Source: an uncultured Erysipelotrichaceae bacterium (GTDB lineage: Bacteria; Bacillota_I; Bacilli_A; RFN20; CAG-826). From it: 64,000 bases of DNA. The position numbers and the translations under genes are program-made. Location of the stretch: the NCBI GenBank assembly GCA_902797855.1, contig CADBUI010000027.1, positions 42,639-106,638 of the forward strand. Reading direction: 5' to 3'. Below, in pieces: positions 48,381-60,794 of this stretch; position 1 is the first letter of the stretch; each line of letters begins with the position of its first letter. The notes under the pieces are model-generated. The model searched no databases and had not been told where the DNA came from. It was given only the letters and a program-made list of their open reading frames with translations.

Positions 48381-49009
48381 TCAAATAACTCCATTAAATG
48401 AGAAATCTTTTTAAAATCTTTATCGCTTGAATTATCTCTATCTAAAAGAATTGCGTCCACTTCTGCATTCTTCGCACAATAATAATCGTTAAATGAATCA
48501 CCAATATAGACAACTTTATCTTTTTTATAGAGGTATCCGCTTTCTTTTAAGGCCACTAATATTGGGGTTGGATCAGGTTTAATCTTAACTGATTCTTCAT
48601 TACCAATAATGGTGACAAAATCATTACTATCAATTCCAAAATGAGATAAGACATCTTTAACGTGTCCACTATTATTAGAGGTCACTACTCCCATTTTTAA
48701 ATTATTTCTTTTGATATAATCAAAAAGTTCAAATGTTTCTTTGAATGGCTTAGTGAGTCTAATGCATTCTTCACTATCTAAAGATTCGTTAATTTTATCG
48801 ATAAATTTAGCAATTATTTCTTTATCGTTAGGAGCACCAAGAGTCTCATATGATTCTGATAAAGGTACTCTACTTAACCAAGGAATCATCTCATCAGTGA
48901 CAGTGACCCCTACTTCTTTAAACGAAACTTTGAAAACATAATTAAGGGCTGGAAAAGTATCAAATAATGTTCCGTCAAAATCAAATAGGTAAAGTTCGTA
49001 TTTTTTCAT
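48377..49009 (-). CDS. HAD-superfamily phosphatase
   Basis: Motif I LFDFDGTLFDT. Confidence 0.75.
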   Translation of the reverse strand: MKKYELYLFDFDGTLFDTFPALNYVFKVSFKEVGVTVTDEMIPWLSRVPLSESYETLGAPNDKEIIAKFIDKINESLDSEECIRLTKPFKETFELFDYIKRNNLKMGVVTSNNSGHVKDVLSHFGIDSNDFVTIIGNEESVKIKPDPTPILVALKESGYLYKKDKVVYIGDSFNDYYCAKNAEVDAILLDRDNSSDKDFKKISHLMELFE

Positions 49010-49034
49010 TGTCTATTAAATTGTAAATGTTAGA

Positions 49035-49070
49035 AATTTTTTCACAAGAAAAAGGTGCCGAAAATCGACA
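49035..49070 (-). terminator. terminator after the mscS-family gene
   Basis: Minus strand GGTGtCGA-ttt-TCGgCACC (one mismatch) followed by TTTTTCTT. Confidence 0.4.
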
Positions 49071-49092
49071 CCTTAGATAGAGGAATGAATCT

Positions 49093-50148
49093 TTATTTAA
49101 TTTCGTTAACTTGTTCGACGCCTTTGCTCTCTTCTTTTTGTTTTTCGATTTCTTTTTGAGCTTTGGCTTCTTCTTTTTCTTTATCCACCCATTCTGGATG
49201 ATCAGCTGGGTTAGGACCTTGAGTAATTGTAAGTTGTGGATATGGAACAGTAATTGCGTTCTCATTAAGGAAGATATAGATGTCACGTTTCATATCGCGT
49301 GTACATTGGAATCTGTCTTCTTCTTTAACTTTAGCGATTACTTTCAAGATAACTGCGGAATCACCCATATCTTCAACACCTTTATAATATGGACCTTCAA
49401 CAATCGTTGGGATACGTTTTTGCATATCGCTTAGTCTTTTTATTAATAGTGTTTCAGTGCGGCTTAAATTTTCTTCATAAGGAATAGAGATTTCCACAAT
49501 TGCAAGAGATAAAGAATTGGTTAAATTAACCATCGTGTTAATTGAACTATTGGAAACAAGTTTAACGTTTCCACCAGCGTCTTCAATTTTTGTGGTCTTT
49601 AGACCAATTTCAATAACTGTACCTCTAAAGCCATCGATGACTACGATATCACCAACTTCGAAGGCGTTATCAGCAACTAAGAATATTCCAGCGATAATAT
49701 CACTGATGAGGGTTTGACAACCAAGACCAATAATAAGAGCAATAATTCCAATAGAAGCAAGAATCTTATTAGTGTCAACTCCCCATTTAGAGAGAATTAA
49801 GAAGACTGCTACTAAAATGGCTGCCCATTTAAGTAACGATCTGATAAGGGAAGAAACAGTTGCGGCTTTCTTATTTCTAATATGGACATATCTACCAAAT
49901 AGATTAAGTAAAGCACAGATAAGAATGACAATAGCAATTACCACAACGGTGTAAATTGGAATGTCATAATTTTCCTTAAACCAATCTCCGATGGCGTTAA
50001 ATCCCCCATTTCCGCCATAGAGTTCTTTGCCTTTGAAGATGTAGTCCCATAATAAGATAACTGCGACTGCTGCACCTCCAACGACCCAAAGAATAATGCT
50101 TAACGCAAGAGGCATTTTCTTTGGTGCGTGTTTTTCTTTCTTTTTCAT
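49093..50148 (-). CDS. small-conductance mechanosensitive channel (MscS family)
   Basis: Three TM helices followed by the MscS beta domain (EVGDIVVIDGFRGTVIEIGLKTTKI) and a Lys/Glu-rich tail. Confidence 0.8.
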   Translation of the reverse strand: MKKKEKHAPKKMPLALSIILWVVGGAAVAVILLWDYIFKGKELYGGNGGFNAIGDWFKENYDIPIYTVVVIAIVILICALLNLFGRYVHIRNKKAATVSSLIRSLLKWAAILVAVFLILSKWGVDTNKILASIGIIALIIGLGCQTLISDIIAGIFLVADNAFEVGDIVVIDGFRGTVIEIGLKTTKIEDAGGNVKLVSNSSINTMVNLTNSLSLAIVEISIPYEENLSRTETLLIKRLSDMQKRIPTIVEGPYYKGVEDMGDSAVILKVIAKVKEEDRFQCTRDMKRDIYIFLNENAITVPYPQLTITQGPNPADHPEWVDKEKEEAKAQKEIEKQKEESKGVEQVNEIK

Positions 50149-50175
50149 AATTCAGTTCCTCCTAAATAACTGTAA

Positions 50176-52242
50176 TTAATGTATCATCGAGAAATCGATG
50201 TATTCACCTAAAATAATTTGTTCTTCTGCACCATCATATGGGCAGGCGTAAGTTGAAACATACCAGGTCTTACTTGTATCAAATTCCACATCAACAGGTG
50301 TTGGTACTTCGTAAGCTTGGCTTCCACTTTCAAGAACATCAACTGAGAATTCTGTTCCATCTTCTGCTAGATAGAAGTTAACTCTCCAGTTAACATAATC
50401 ACTCTTAGTTCCTTTATTAACAGTGAATTCTAGACCACTAACACTAGAACCAACTGAGAAGCTAGTCGCTCCTGGATAAAGTATTCCGTTATTTGGTGGT
50501 ATTTCAAATTCAGGATTGGAATATAGTTCTTTTTCTATTCCTTTAACTTGCCCAACAAGTTTCACATAATAAATTCCATCCGTATAGATGTAGTCAGCGA
50601 TAACTTCACAATCAAAGCCTTGAATAACATCATATGAATCAAAGGATTGTCCTCTATCATTTGAGATTAGGACTTTCATATTTTGAATTTCGTTATCTGG
50701 ATCAAATTTATCGATAATAATAACGGCATCATTATGTTCGTAATTAGAAATATATTTATCAAAAGAGATATTGTTTACAGTTGGAATGTTGTGTTTTGGA
50801 AGTTCTCCAAAGACAACCTTTGTGCGAAGTAATTCAATCTCCTCACCAGTTGGACTAGTTGAATTCATATGTCCAATTAACATGACGGTGTATTCTGAAT
50901 AAATACTATAATTACCAAAACTAATTGGATAAGTACTTCTAGTATCAAGATCGATTCGATTTGAAGCGATTAAATCATCCATTGGTGTTTCATCTATATA
51001 GTGAACATCCAGCGTGTAATAATCATATGTATTATCGTCACCTTTATATTTCGCATAAGCGAAATAGGTTGTATCAGTTCCGTTATATTCATATTCAAAA
51101 GCAATATCATTTTCTTTGGAGTATGGAGCTGGAGTAATTCTATAGAAATTAACTTCACTAGAAAGAAGCACAACTCTTGTGTATTCTCCAGTTGGAGAAT
51201 CTGATTGCCCTTCTGCTAAGAAATCAACACGATAAGTTTCATCATAATTCTCTAGTTCATTAATTGATGCTTTTGCTCTTTCAAATGGATGTTCTTTATT
51301 AACTTCATATGTAGCAAGATATTCAGGTTGATCTGCTGTGCCATCTGGTTGATTATTTAAAGAGCAAACACCAATAATTAAGAAATCATATTTAGAAACA
51401 TCACCATCATAATGGATAGTTGAATAAAATTCTTTATTACCAAAGGCGTCATATGTAGCGTCGAAATCAATCCTATTTTGAACAATAGGTGAACTAGTTG
51501 TGATTTGCTTAGCTTCATCAAGTAGATAAGTTTTATTAATATCTAAAAGTGTATTTTGATAGACATTTACCGTGTAGGTTGTGTCATATTTTAAGTTAGC
51601 GAATTCTCCAGAAGTTTGGCCGTAGTTTTCAACTTTAAATTCATTCACAAATTCTGGGATAGATGGACAAAGAAGTTCGATAATAACATCGCACTTCTCT
51701 CCGCTTCCATCTATTAAGATAGATTGTTCTTCATTATTTCCTAAATTAAGGGTGAATTTAATGGTATTTTCAACTGCGACAATTTCACTAAAATTACAAA
51801 TTGATGGTTTTTCAACACTTTGGCCATAGATCGCTAGCGAGCCACCTACGACAATAACCACTGCTGTTGTGGCAACGGTTGCAACAGTTGCAACAGTTGA
51901 AGAAACTCCACCAGTCGTAGCGGCACTAGTGGTTGCTGTTTCAGTAGCAGCCTCGGCTGTTGAAGAAGTTGTTGAAGATGAAGAATTAGTCATCTTTTCA
52001 ACATCATCTTTAGATAGACCTTTCTTCTTTATTTTTATTTTGCGTTTCTTGCCTTCATCATTATCTTCTTCACCAGACTCTTCTTCATTTTTCTTTTCAG
52101 AACCACTTTGAGATTTATTGTCTTCAAATTTAAAAACAAAATCTTCATTTAAGAGTTGGTTCTCATTATTAGATTCGGCAAAATTAAAAAGTTCAGAAGC
52201 GCTACTATTTTCTTCAATAGAGATGTTGTCTTTTTTTGGCAT
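50176..52242 (-). CDS. large surface-anchored protein (type II membrane topology)
   Basis: Acidic/basic cytoplasmic N-terminus, Ser/Thr/Ala-rich tract with TVATVATVAT, one TM helix (TAVVIVVGGSLAIY), then a ~540-aa extracellular region with no recognised domains. Confidence 0.5.
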   Translation of the reverse strand: MPKKDNISIEENSSASELFNFAESNNENQLLNEDFVFKFEDNKSQSGSEKKNEEESGEEDNDEGKKRKIKIKKKGLSKDDVEKMTNSSSSTTSSTAEAATETATTSAATTGGVSSTVATVATVATTAVVIVVGGSLAIYGQSVEKPSICNFSEIVAVENTIKFTLNLGNNEEQSILIDGSGEKCDVIIELLCPSIPEFVNEFKVENYGQTSGEFANLKYDTTYTVNVYQNTLLDINKTYLLDEAKQITTSSPIVQNRIDFDATYDAFGNKEFYSTIHYDGDVSKYDFLIIGVCSLNNQPDGTADQPEYLATYEVNKEHPFERAKASINELENYDETYRVDFLAEGQSDSPTGEYTRVVLLSSEVNFYRITPAPYSKENDIAFEYEYNGTDTTYFAYAKYKGDDNTYDYYTLDVHYIDETPMDDLIASNRIDLDTRSTYPISFGNYSIYSEYTVMLIGHMNSTSPTGEEIELLRTKVVFGELPKHNIPTVNNISFDKYISNYEHNDAVIIIDKFDPDNEIQNMKVLISNDRGQSFDSYDVIQGFDCEVIADYIYTDGIYYVKLVGQVKGIEKELYSNPEFEIPPNNGILYPGATSFSVGSSVSGLEFTVNKGTKSDYVNWRVNFYLAEDGTEFSVDVLESGSQAYEVPTPVDVEFDTSKTWYVSTYACPYDGAEEQIILGEYIDFSMIH
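51866..51900. repeat. imperfect 9-bp tandem repeat (ACNGTTGCA x~3.5) encoding the VAT repeats of the surface protein
   Basis: gttgtggca acggttgca acagttgca acagttga. Confidence 0.5.
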
Positions 52243-52290
52243 CTTTAATTAAATTAAATCACACTATTATAATAGTTTTAATATATTTAT

Positions 52291-52318
52291 GAAAAAAGGA
52301 GTCAATTCTTATGACTCC
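52291..52318 (-). terminator. terminator after ppa
   Basis: GGAGTCA-attctta-TGACTCC, with TTTTTT on the minus strand. Confidence 0.55.
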
Positions 52319-52328
52319 TTCATTCTAT

Positions 52329-52889
52329 TTAGTCTTGTTTGACCTTATAGTCGTAATTCTTATTTGGGAATTTCTTCTCATAAGCATCAATACAATCTTG
52401 GATAGTTTTCATTGCAAGAGCTTTTCCTCTGATATTATTGACGACTGTTTCTTTTCCTTCAAGTTGTTTATAGACGACAAAGAAGTGTTTAATTTCTTGA
52501 AGGATATGATCTGGAACTTGCTTAATATCTGAGAACGAGTTGAAGACAGGATCATTTTTCGCAATAGCGATAATCTTTGTATCAACTTCTCCGTTATCAG
52601 TCATTTCAAGCATTCCGATTGGATAACATTCCACAAGTGCGAGTGGAACGATTGATTCTGAGCAAATTACTAAAACATCAAGTGGGTCACCATCTCCAGC
52701 GTAGGTTCTAGGAATAAAACCATAGTTTTGTGGATAGTGAGTGGATGTATATAAAACACGATCCAAGATTAACGCACCTGAATATTTATCAAGTTCATAT
52801 TTGTTTTTTGAGCCTTTTGAAATTTCTATACACGCTAGAAAACTCTCAGGCGTAATGCGACTAGGGTCAGCACGATGCCATATATTCAT
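52329..52889 (-). CDS. ppa: family I inorganic pyrophosphatase
   Basis: DGDPLDVLV signature. Confidence 0.9.
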   Translation of the reverse strand: MNIWHRADPSRITPESFLACIEISKGSKNKYELDKYSGALILDRVLYTSTHYPQNYGFIPRTYAGDGDPLDVLVICSESIVPLALVECYPIGMLEMTDNGEVDTKIIAIAKNDPVFNSFSDIKQVPDHILQEIKHFFVVYKQLEGKETVVNNIRGKALAMKTIQDCIDAYEKKFPNKNYDYKVKQD

Positions 52890-52932
52890 ATGTATCCTCC
52901 TGGTAAGTATTATAACATTAAAAAAATTACTA

Positions 52933-52941
52933 TGTTATAAT
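52933..52941 (+). promoter_or_regulatory. extended -10 promoter (TGtTATAAT) 6 nt upstream of the lipoprotein ATG (leaderless candidate)
   Basis: tgtTATAAT-tttgca-ATG; no SD. Confidence 0.4.
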
Positions 52942-52947
52942 TTGCAT

Positions 52948-53754
52948 ATGCAAAAGAAATTATCCTTTGGATTAACCTTATCTATCCCATTACTATTATC
53001 TAGTTGCACTGGATATATAGGAAACGTTGTCGCTTATAAAAATGGCGACATCGCTTTTGGTGATATTTCTAGCGAGAACGCCTATCGTATGGCGGACTTT
53101 AACACCATCGATAAACTAATGGCTTCTCAAAGCGAATTCATCTTTTATCTTTCAAGCACGACTTGTCATGCTTGTAGTGAATTTGAACCAGTGATGGTTG
53201 AATATATTCAAAACACAAAACAACTCGTCTATAAAATGAATGCCGATGTTCAAAAGGATGATTTTGAAAAACTATATAACAAATATTCTGATTATTTTAA
53301 TGGACTTAAAGGCACTCCAGCGGTCTATATCATGGGTGATGGAGCGGGAGGATATCAAATCTCTAATTCGCGTAATTCAAATGTGAATATGTTCACCACC
53401 GCTATGAAAGAAAAGCTATATGAATCAAACGTTTACTCTATGAGTAAATATTCTAGTTTAGATTCATATTTATCCTCCACAGAAAGAAGATATGTTTTGT
53501 TCTATGATTGCTCCAACAATGAATACGCAGGATACTATAATTTAGCGCTTAAAGAAACTATAAATAAAATAGATAAAGAACTCATCATAATGGAAACTTC
53601 ACTTTTAAGTGACGAAGAGATTAATAGTGTTAAAACATTATTAAATGTGGATAAGTTAGAACCACTTATGTACGCTAGATTTGATAATAAAGTAATCTTT
53701 AATCATATCGCTACAAATATAGATGAAATTAGACATACATTAGGACTTAAATAA
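52948..53754 (+). CDS. thioredoxin-fold lipoprotein with CxxC motif
   Basis: Lipobox LLSSC, then FIFYLSSTTCHACSEF (CxxC in a thioredoxin-like context). The track ORF's 5' extension into ppa is rejected. Confidence 0.5.
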   Translation: MQKKLSFGLTLSIPLLLSSCTGYIGNVVAYKNGDIAFGDISSENAYRMADFNTIDKLMASQSEFIFYLSSTTCHACSEFEPVMVEYIQNTKQLVYKMNADVQKDDFEKLYNKYSDYFNGLKGTPAVYIMGDGAGGYQISNSRNSNVNMFTTAMKEKLYESNVYSMSKYSSLDSYLSSTERRYVLFYDCSNNEYAGYYNLALKETINKIDKELIIMETSLLSDEEINSVKTLLNVDKLEPLMYARFDNKVIFNHIATNIDEIRHTLGLK

Positions 53755-54288
53755 ATGGATAAAAAAGAAAAGACAATTCATAGCGAGCTTATCTATAAAG
53801 GTAGGATTCTTGATTTATATAAAGATGATGTAGTTTGCCCAAACGGAGTTAAATCTGTTCGTGAAGTCGTTCGTAAGGGAAAAGCTGCCTGCGTTATTGC
53901 TTTACTTAATGACAAAATCATCTTAGAAAAGCAATATCGTTATCCTTATGATGAAATCATGATTGAAGTTCCAGCGGGAAAAAGCGATGGAGATGAAGAA
54001 ACAAAAACCACTGCCATCCGTGAACTTGAAGAAGAGACAGGATATAAAGCAAATACAATCAAATTTTTAGGAACTTTATACCCTACTGTAGCCTACACAG
54101 ATGAACTTATTGATGTCTATTTTGCGACTGATTTAGAAAAAACTCACACTCATCTAGATTTTGACGAGGAATTGGAAATGTTCCTAGCTTCTCCTAACGA
54201 AGTTGAAGAAATGATTAAAGAAGGAAAAATTAAAGATTCTAAAACTATAATCGCCTTCTATTTATATAAAATTAAAATTGGATATTAG
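53755..54288 (+). CDS. NUDIX hydrolase (ADP-ribose pyrophosphatase-like)
   Basis: Nudix box GKSDGDEETKTTAIRELEEETGY. Confidence 0.8.
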   Translation: MDKKEKTIHSELIYKGRILDLYKDDVVCPNGVKSVREVVRKGKAACVIALLNDKIILEKQYRYPYDEIMIEVPAGKSDGDEETKTTAIRELEEETGYKANTIKFLGTLYPTVAYTDELIDVYFATDLEKTHTHLDFDEELEMFLASPNEVEEMIKEGKIKDSKTIIAFYLYKIKIGY

Positions 54289-54294
54289 AAATAT

Positions 54295-54340
54295 TGCCAA
54301 TTTGGCATATTTTATCAATACTAGATTTGCCATTTTGGCA
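54295..54340. repeat. two copies of a 13-bp palindrome TGCCAA-T-TTGGCA / TGCCAtTTTGGCA, each followed by TATT, between convergent nudix and atpC
   Basis: Perfect palindrome at 54295-54307. A 12/13 copy at 54328-54340. Confidence 0.5.
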
Positions 54341-54351
54341 TATTCTAAAAC

Positions 54352-54380
54352 AAAAAGAGCCTAAAAGGCTCTTTCATTTT
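54352..54380. terminator. bidirectional terminator (nudix + / atp operon -)
   Basis: AAGAGCC-taaaa-GGCTCTT flanked by an A-run and a T-run. Confidence 0.55.
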
Positions 54381-54389
54381 ATGTGATTA

Positions 54390-54787
54390 TTAATCAATCT
54401 CGTATGTTTTGATTCTTGATATCGCTCGATAAAGGGCTGCTTGAGCACGTTTAATGTCGATATTTGGATCTTTACTTGATAGACGCTCTTCAGCTCTTTC
54501 TTTAGCCTCTTTAGCGCGCTTAATATCAATCTCATCTTTTGACTCAATGGAATTAACAATAAGCGTTACTTTTTCTTTAGAAACGTTGATTGCTCCACCA
54601 TTAAGAGAATAATAAGTGGCCTTATTATCTTTAATAATATGCATAGGCGCATACGCTAAAGAACCGATAAGAGGAGCGTGACCACTAAGAATAGTGCGGT
54701 ATCCACTAGTTAATTTCAAAGTTAAAGATTCTACTTCGTTATCAAAGTAGATTCCTCTAGGTGAAATAATAACTAAATGAAATGACA

Positions 54788-54788
<1 letters not shown>
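54390..54788 (-). CDS. atpC: F1 ATP synthase epsilon subunit
   Basis: 132 aa; beta-sandwich plus helical hairpin. Confidence 0.85.
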
Positions 54789-57053
<2,265 letters not shown>

Positions 57054-57058
57054 AAATT

Positions 57059-58564
57059 TTATTTATTTAGTTCAAAGAAATCTTTGATGGCTTTATGAAG
57101 TTTTTCTTCTAAAGTTTCAGAGATTTTCTTTTCTTTATTTATTTCATCAATCAAAGATTGATGTGAAGATTTAAGATATTGATATAACTTATTTAAGCAA
57201 GGCTTAATTTCTTCAACATCTAATTCTTCTAAATAGCGATGTTTAGCAGCGAATAATTCCACGACTTGTCTATCGAGAGGATAGGTATCATATTGATCTT
57301 GTTTAAGGACTTCCATAAGTACCTTACCATGAGTGAGAACACGTTTAGTGTCTTCATCAAGGTCACTACCAAATTGGGAGAATGCTTGAAGTTCGCGGTA
57401 ATTAGCAAGTTCAATCTTTAAACTATTCGCGACTTGTTTCATCGCTTTAGTTTGAGCAGCACCTCCAACACGGCTAACCGATAGACCACTATCAACAGCA
57501 GGTCTTTGACCAGCGTTAAATAAGTCAGTAATTAAGAATATCTGACCATCTGTAATAGAAATTACATTTGTAGGAATATAGGCTGAAATATCTCCAGCTT
57601 GTGTTTCGATGATTGGTAAAGCAGTAATTGAACCACCACCATGAGCGTCATCGAGTTTACAGGCTCTTTCAAGAAGTCTAGAGTGAAGATAGAAAACATC
57701 ACCTGGGTAGGCTTCACGTCCACTTGGACGTTTTAGTAAGAGTGAAAGTGTACGATAGGCAACTGCGTGCTTAGAAAGATCATCAAAGATGATAAGAACA
57801 TCTTTTCCTTCTTCGAGCCACTCTTCAGACATTGCCATTCCACTATATGGGGCTAAATATAAAAGTGGAGCAAGTTCACTAGCGGTTGCACTTACGACGA
57901 CTGTATATTTCATAGCATCGTTCTTTTTGAGTTTATCAACGATAGATGCAACGGTTGAATTCTTTTGACCGATGGCGACATAAACACAAATAACGTTTTG
58001 ATCTTTTTGGTTAATGATTGTATCGATTGCAATAGCGGTTTTACCAGTTTGACGGTCGCCGATAATAAGTTCTCTTTGGCCTCTTCCAATTGGAATCATT
58101 CCATCGATAGCTTTAATACCGGTTTGTAAAGGTGTATCAACGCTTTTTCTAAACATGACACCTGGAGCGATTCTTTCAACTGGACGAGTCTTTTTAGACT
58201 TAATATCACCAAGTCCATCAATAGGTTGTCCAAGAGCGTTTACGACTCTACCAAGAAGAGCGTTCCCTACGGGAACTTCCACGACTTGATGGGTGCGTTT
58301 TACTAAATCGCCTTCTTTGATTTGTATGTCGCTACCTAGTAAAACACAGCCAACGTTTTCTTCTTCGAGGTTCATGACCATACCATAAACATCATTAGGG
58401 AAAAGCACTAGTTCACCTAGCATTGCTTTATCAAGACCATACACCAAAGCAACACCATCACCGATTGTGACTACTGTTCCAACGTCATCAGATTCAACTT
58501 TATGCTCAAAATCTTCAATTTGTTTTTTAATTAAAGCTGAGATTTCACTTGAATTGATTTTCAT
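57059..58564 (-). CDS. atpA: F1 ATP synthase alpha subunit
   Basis: [10 protein letters not shown]-loop; 501 aa. Confidence 0.95.
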   Translation of the reverse strand: MKINSSEISALIKKQIEDFEHKVESDDVGTVVTIGDGVALVYGLDKAMLGELVLFPNDVYGMVMNLEEENVGCVLLGSDIQIKEGDLVKRTHQVVEVPVGNALLGRVVNALGQPIDGLGDIKSKKTRPVERIAPGVMFRKSVDTPLQTGIKAIDGMIPIGRGQRELIIGDRQTGKTAIAIDTIINQKDQNVICVYVAIGQKNSTVASIVDKLKKNDAMKYTVVVSATASELAPLLYLAPYSGMAMSEEWLEEGKDVLIIFDDLSKHAVAYRTLSLLLKRPSGREAYPGDVFYLHSRLLERACKLDDAHGGGSITALPIIETQAGDISAYIPTNVISITDGQIFLITDLFNAGQRPAVDSGLSVSRVGGAAQTKAMKQVANSLKIELANYRELQAFSQFGSDLDEDTKRVLTHGKVLMEVLKQDQYDTYPLDRQVVELFAAKHRYLEELDVEEIKPCLNKLYQYLKSSHQSLIDEINKEKKISETLEEKLHKAIKDFFELNK

Positions 58565-59106
58565 TTCGTATTCCTCCTTTCATTAAGATTATTTTTTAAG
58601 TTTTCAAGCTTACCTTTAATTGAGCCATCAAAGACATGGTCATGGACCACGACTTTAATTCCTCCGATAAGCCTTTCATCAATAAGGTTTTTAAGTTCTA
58701 CAGTTTGATTCATTTTCTTTGAAACTGATTCACTGACCTTTTTGATTTCTAATTCACTTAATGGATTAACTGAATAGATAAATCCTTCTAAAATTCCTAA
58801 AGATTCATTGGCCTCTAAAATGAATTCTTTCGCAATTTTATCAAAGATAAAGAAGCGATGTTTATGGACAAGAAGCTTTAAGAATGGACCTAAATGTTTA
58901 AGTTTATATTTCTTAGTAAGTTCTTCGATAAAGGAATATTTATCTTCTTCACTAACAAAATATGATTCTAGATATTTTTCGATTTTTTCTTCACTTTTAA
59001 AAATCGTCAACAAATCCTTGATGGCGTCTTTATAATCGTTAACTTTGTTTTCCACTATCGCTAACGAAAGAAGTGCAGATGAATATCTAGAATATAGTGA
59101 ATCCAT
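58561..59106 (-). CDS. atpH: F1 ATP synthase delta subunit
   Basis: OSCP-like; inferred from position and size. Confidence 0.75.
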   Translation of the reverse strand: MDSLYSRYSSALLSLAIVENKVNDYKDAIKDLLTIFKSEEKIEKYLESYFVSEEDKYSFIEELTKKYKLKHLGPFLKLLVHKHRFFIFDKIAKEFILEANESLGILEGFIYSVNPLSELEIKKVSESVSKKMNQTVELKNLIDERLIGGIKVVVHDHVFDGSIKGKLENLKNNLNERRNTK

Positions 59107-59693
59107 TATTTCTCTTTCTTATTAAGATTATCGACAAAGTCATCAAGTAGACGTTTGTTATCCTCTTTAGAGACTTCACGATTAAGTAATTCTTCAGATG
59201 CTTTAAGGGCTACATCCACGATTTCTTTATGGATGGCATCTTTATTAGCTTCAATTTCTTGAGCGATTTCTTCTTGGGCTTTCTTCTTTTCGTTTTGAGC
59301 CTCAAGCTTTGCTTCATTTATAATTTCATCTTTAATTTTTGCAGCGTTTTCACGAGCTTCATCAACGATAAGTGCAGCGTTTCTTTTAGATTCTAAAAGA
59401 CTCTTCTCGCCTTCACTTATTAAATTTTGAGATTTCTTTTCTCTTTCCTCAGCAGTTCTTATCTTTCCTTCAACATAATCCGCTCTTTTTTTAGCAAATT
59501 CCTTGATTGGTTTATAAGCGAAAAAGAAAGCGATAAGCACAAGAACTATAAATGCTGTTAGGACGATTAAAAAATCCCACAGATTAAAGAAGATTCTGCT
59601 TGTGAATTCCTCACTAGTGAATGGAGAACCACTACAACTAGATAAGGCAAGGATAGATAAGATTGGGAAGATTATTTTCCCGATTCTTTTCAT
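59106..59693 (-). CDS. atpF: Fo ATP synthase subunit b with lipoprotein-type signal peptide
   Basis: MKRIGKIIFPILSILALSSC (lipobox LSSC), then a TM helix, then a long charged coiled coil. Confidence 0.8.
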   Translation of the reverse strand: MKRIGKIIFPILSILALSSCSGSPFTSEEFTSRIFFNLWDFLIVLTAFIVLVLIAFFFAYKPIKEFAKKRADYVEGKIRTAEEREKKSQNLISEGEKSLLESKRNAALIVDEARENAAKIKDEIINEAKLEAQNEKKKAQEEIAQEIEANKDAIHKEIVDVALKASEELLNREVSKEDNKRLLDDFVDNLNKKEK

Positions 59694-59728
59694 TTTTTAC
59701 CTCCTTAAAAATTAATTAAAGAATGAAA

Positions 59729-59986
59729 TTAGGCTGCTGGTGCAACTGGAATGCTTCCTGGAAGGACAAAGATAAGAAGGATAGCAACAAGTAAGGCGTA
59801 AATACCACATGTTTCAACAAGGGCTGCACCGATAATCATCGAAGATGATAGTTTGCTACTAGCTTCTGGATTTCTTGCCATACCATCAATTGCTTTTGTA
59901 ATAAGCATAGCTTCACCTAAGGATGAACATCCACTAGAGAAGATGGCGATAGCAGCTGCAAGAGCGATCATACCGATATCTGTCAT
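59729..59986 (-). CDS. atpE: Fo ATP synthase subunit c
   Basis: 85-aa two-helix proteolipid with the conserved carboxylate (…LVETCGIYALL…). Confidence 0.85.
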   Translation of the reverse strand: MTDIGMIALAAAIAIFSSGCSSLGEAMLITKAIDGMARNPEASSKLSSSMIIGAALVETCGIYALLVAILLIFVLPGSIPVAPAA

Positions 59987-59988
59987 TT

Positions 59989-60792
59989 CTATATCTCCTT
60001 TCTAGATCCTAGCGAAGTTGGCACTTCTTCAAGATCTGGTTTTTCTTGCGCGATAAGCAAGGTTGTTAGTGAGATAAACACTAACGTTTGAATGAGGGTA
60101 CTAAACACATCAAAATACGCATGTAAAAGTGGAGTGCCAACTCCAACAGTTAAGAAATCAAGCGCATGAGAGAATGTGTTTCCGCTTTGGACGAATTGTC
60201 CAGATTGGATTCCAATAAAGAAAGTTTCTCCTGGAACAGCACTAAAGCTTGTTAATGCCCAGTTAACTAAAGTTAAAAGAACCCATCCTACTAACGCATT
60301 ACCAAATAAACGAAGGGTAAGTGATAGTAAAGGCGCCCACATTGAAAGTAAATTAACCGGTAAAAATACCGCGAATGGTTCAACGTAACGTTTAAAATAT
60401 TTCCATTTCGTATAACGAATGGATGTCACGTGAATCATCACAAATGTTGATAGTCCAAGAGTTAATGGAATTGGTAGATAAGTCATTGGAGTTGGTAGAC
60501 CCACTAAACCAATGAGGAAATTAGATGATAAGAACAAAATAACACCCAATAAATATCCACCGAAGTTTTCAAACCCCGAACCCATATTTGTATATACAAA
60601 GTTATCGAGTTTTTCGATTGCGAGATCAAAAAGAAGAATGATACCTTTTGGTCTTTTGGTTGGATCAGCGTGTTTAAAGATAATTCCAACAATAATTAGA
60701 AAAATAGATAGCACAATACAAAGTGCTACAGCGACAATAGTTTCTGCGTTTGGAGCAAATTTTAAATTATCTGGTCCAATGAATTTGTCCAC
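59989..60792 (-). CDS. atpB: Fo ATP synthase subunit a
   Basis: Polytopic; the conserved Arg is in ...LRLFGNALVG. Confidence 0.85.
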   Translation of the reverse strand: MDKFIGPDNLKFAPNAETIVAVALCIVLSIFLIIVGIIFKHADPTKRPKGIILLFDLAIEKLDNFVYTNMGSGFENFGGYLLGVILFLSSNFLIGLVGLPTPMTYLPIPLTLGLSTFVMIHVTSIRYTKWKYFKRYVEPFAVFLPVNLLSMWAPLLSLTLRLFGNALVGWVLLTLVNWALTSFSAVPGETFFIGIQSGQFVQSGNTFSHALDFLTVGVGTPLLHAYFDVFSTLIQTLVFISLTTLLIAQEKPDLEEVPTSLGSRKEI

Positions 60793-60794
60793 TT

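Noticed and set aside
48981-49286. Extremely lysine-rich 101-aa ORF (KKKKKPKLKKKSKNKKKRAK)
   Set aside because: It is an alternate frame of the Lys/Glu-rich C-terminal tail of the MscS-family gene, on the same strand. It is a frame artefact.
51866-51900. Short tandem repeats considered as a possible CRISPR or minisatellite
   Set aside because: They are only ~3.5 imperfect 9-bp units inside a coding region, encoding VAT repeats. There are no spacer/repeat architecture and no cas genes.
52741-52947. 5' extension of the lipoprotein ORF (track start 52741) overlapping ppa
   Set aside because: The first 69 codons run antisense through the ppa 5' end. The signal peptide starts at M70 (52948), directly downstream of an extended -10.
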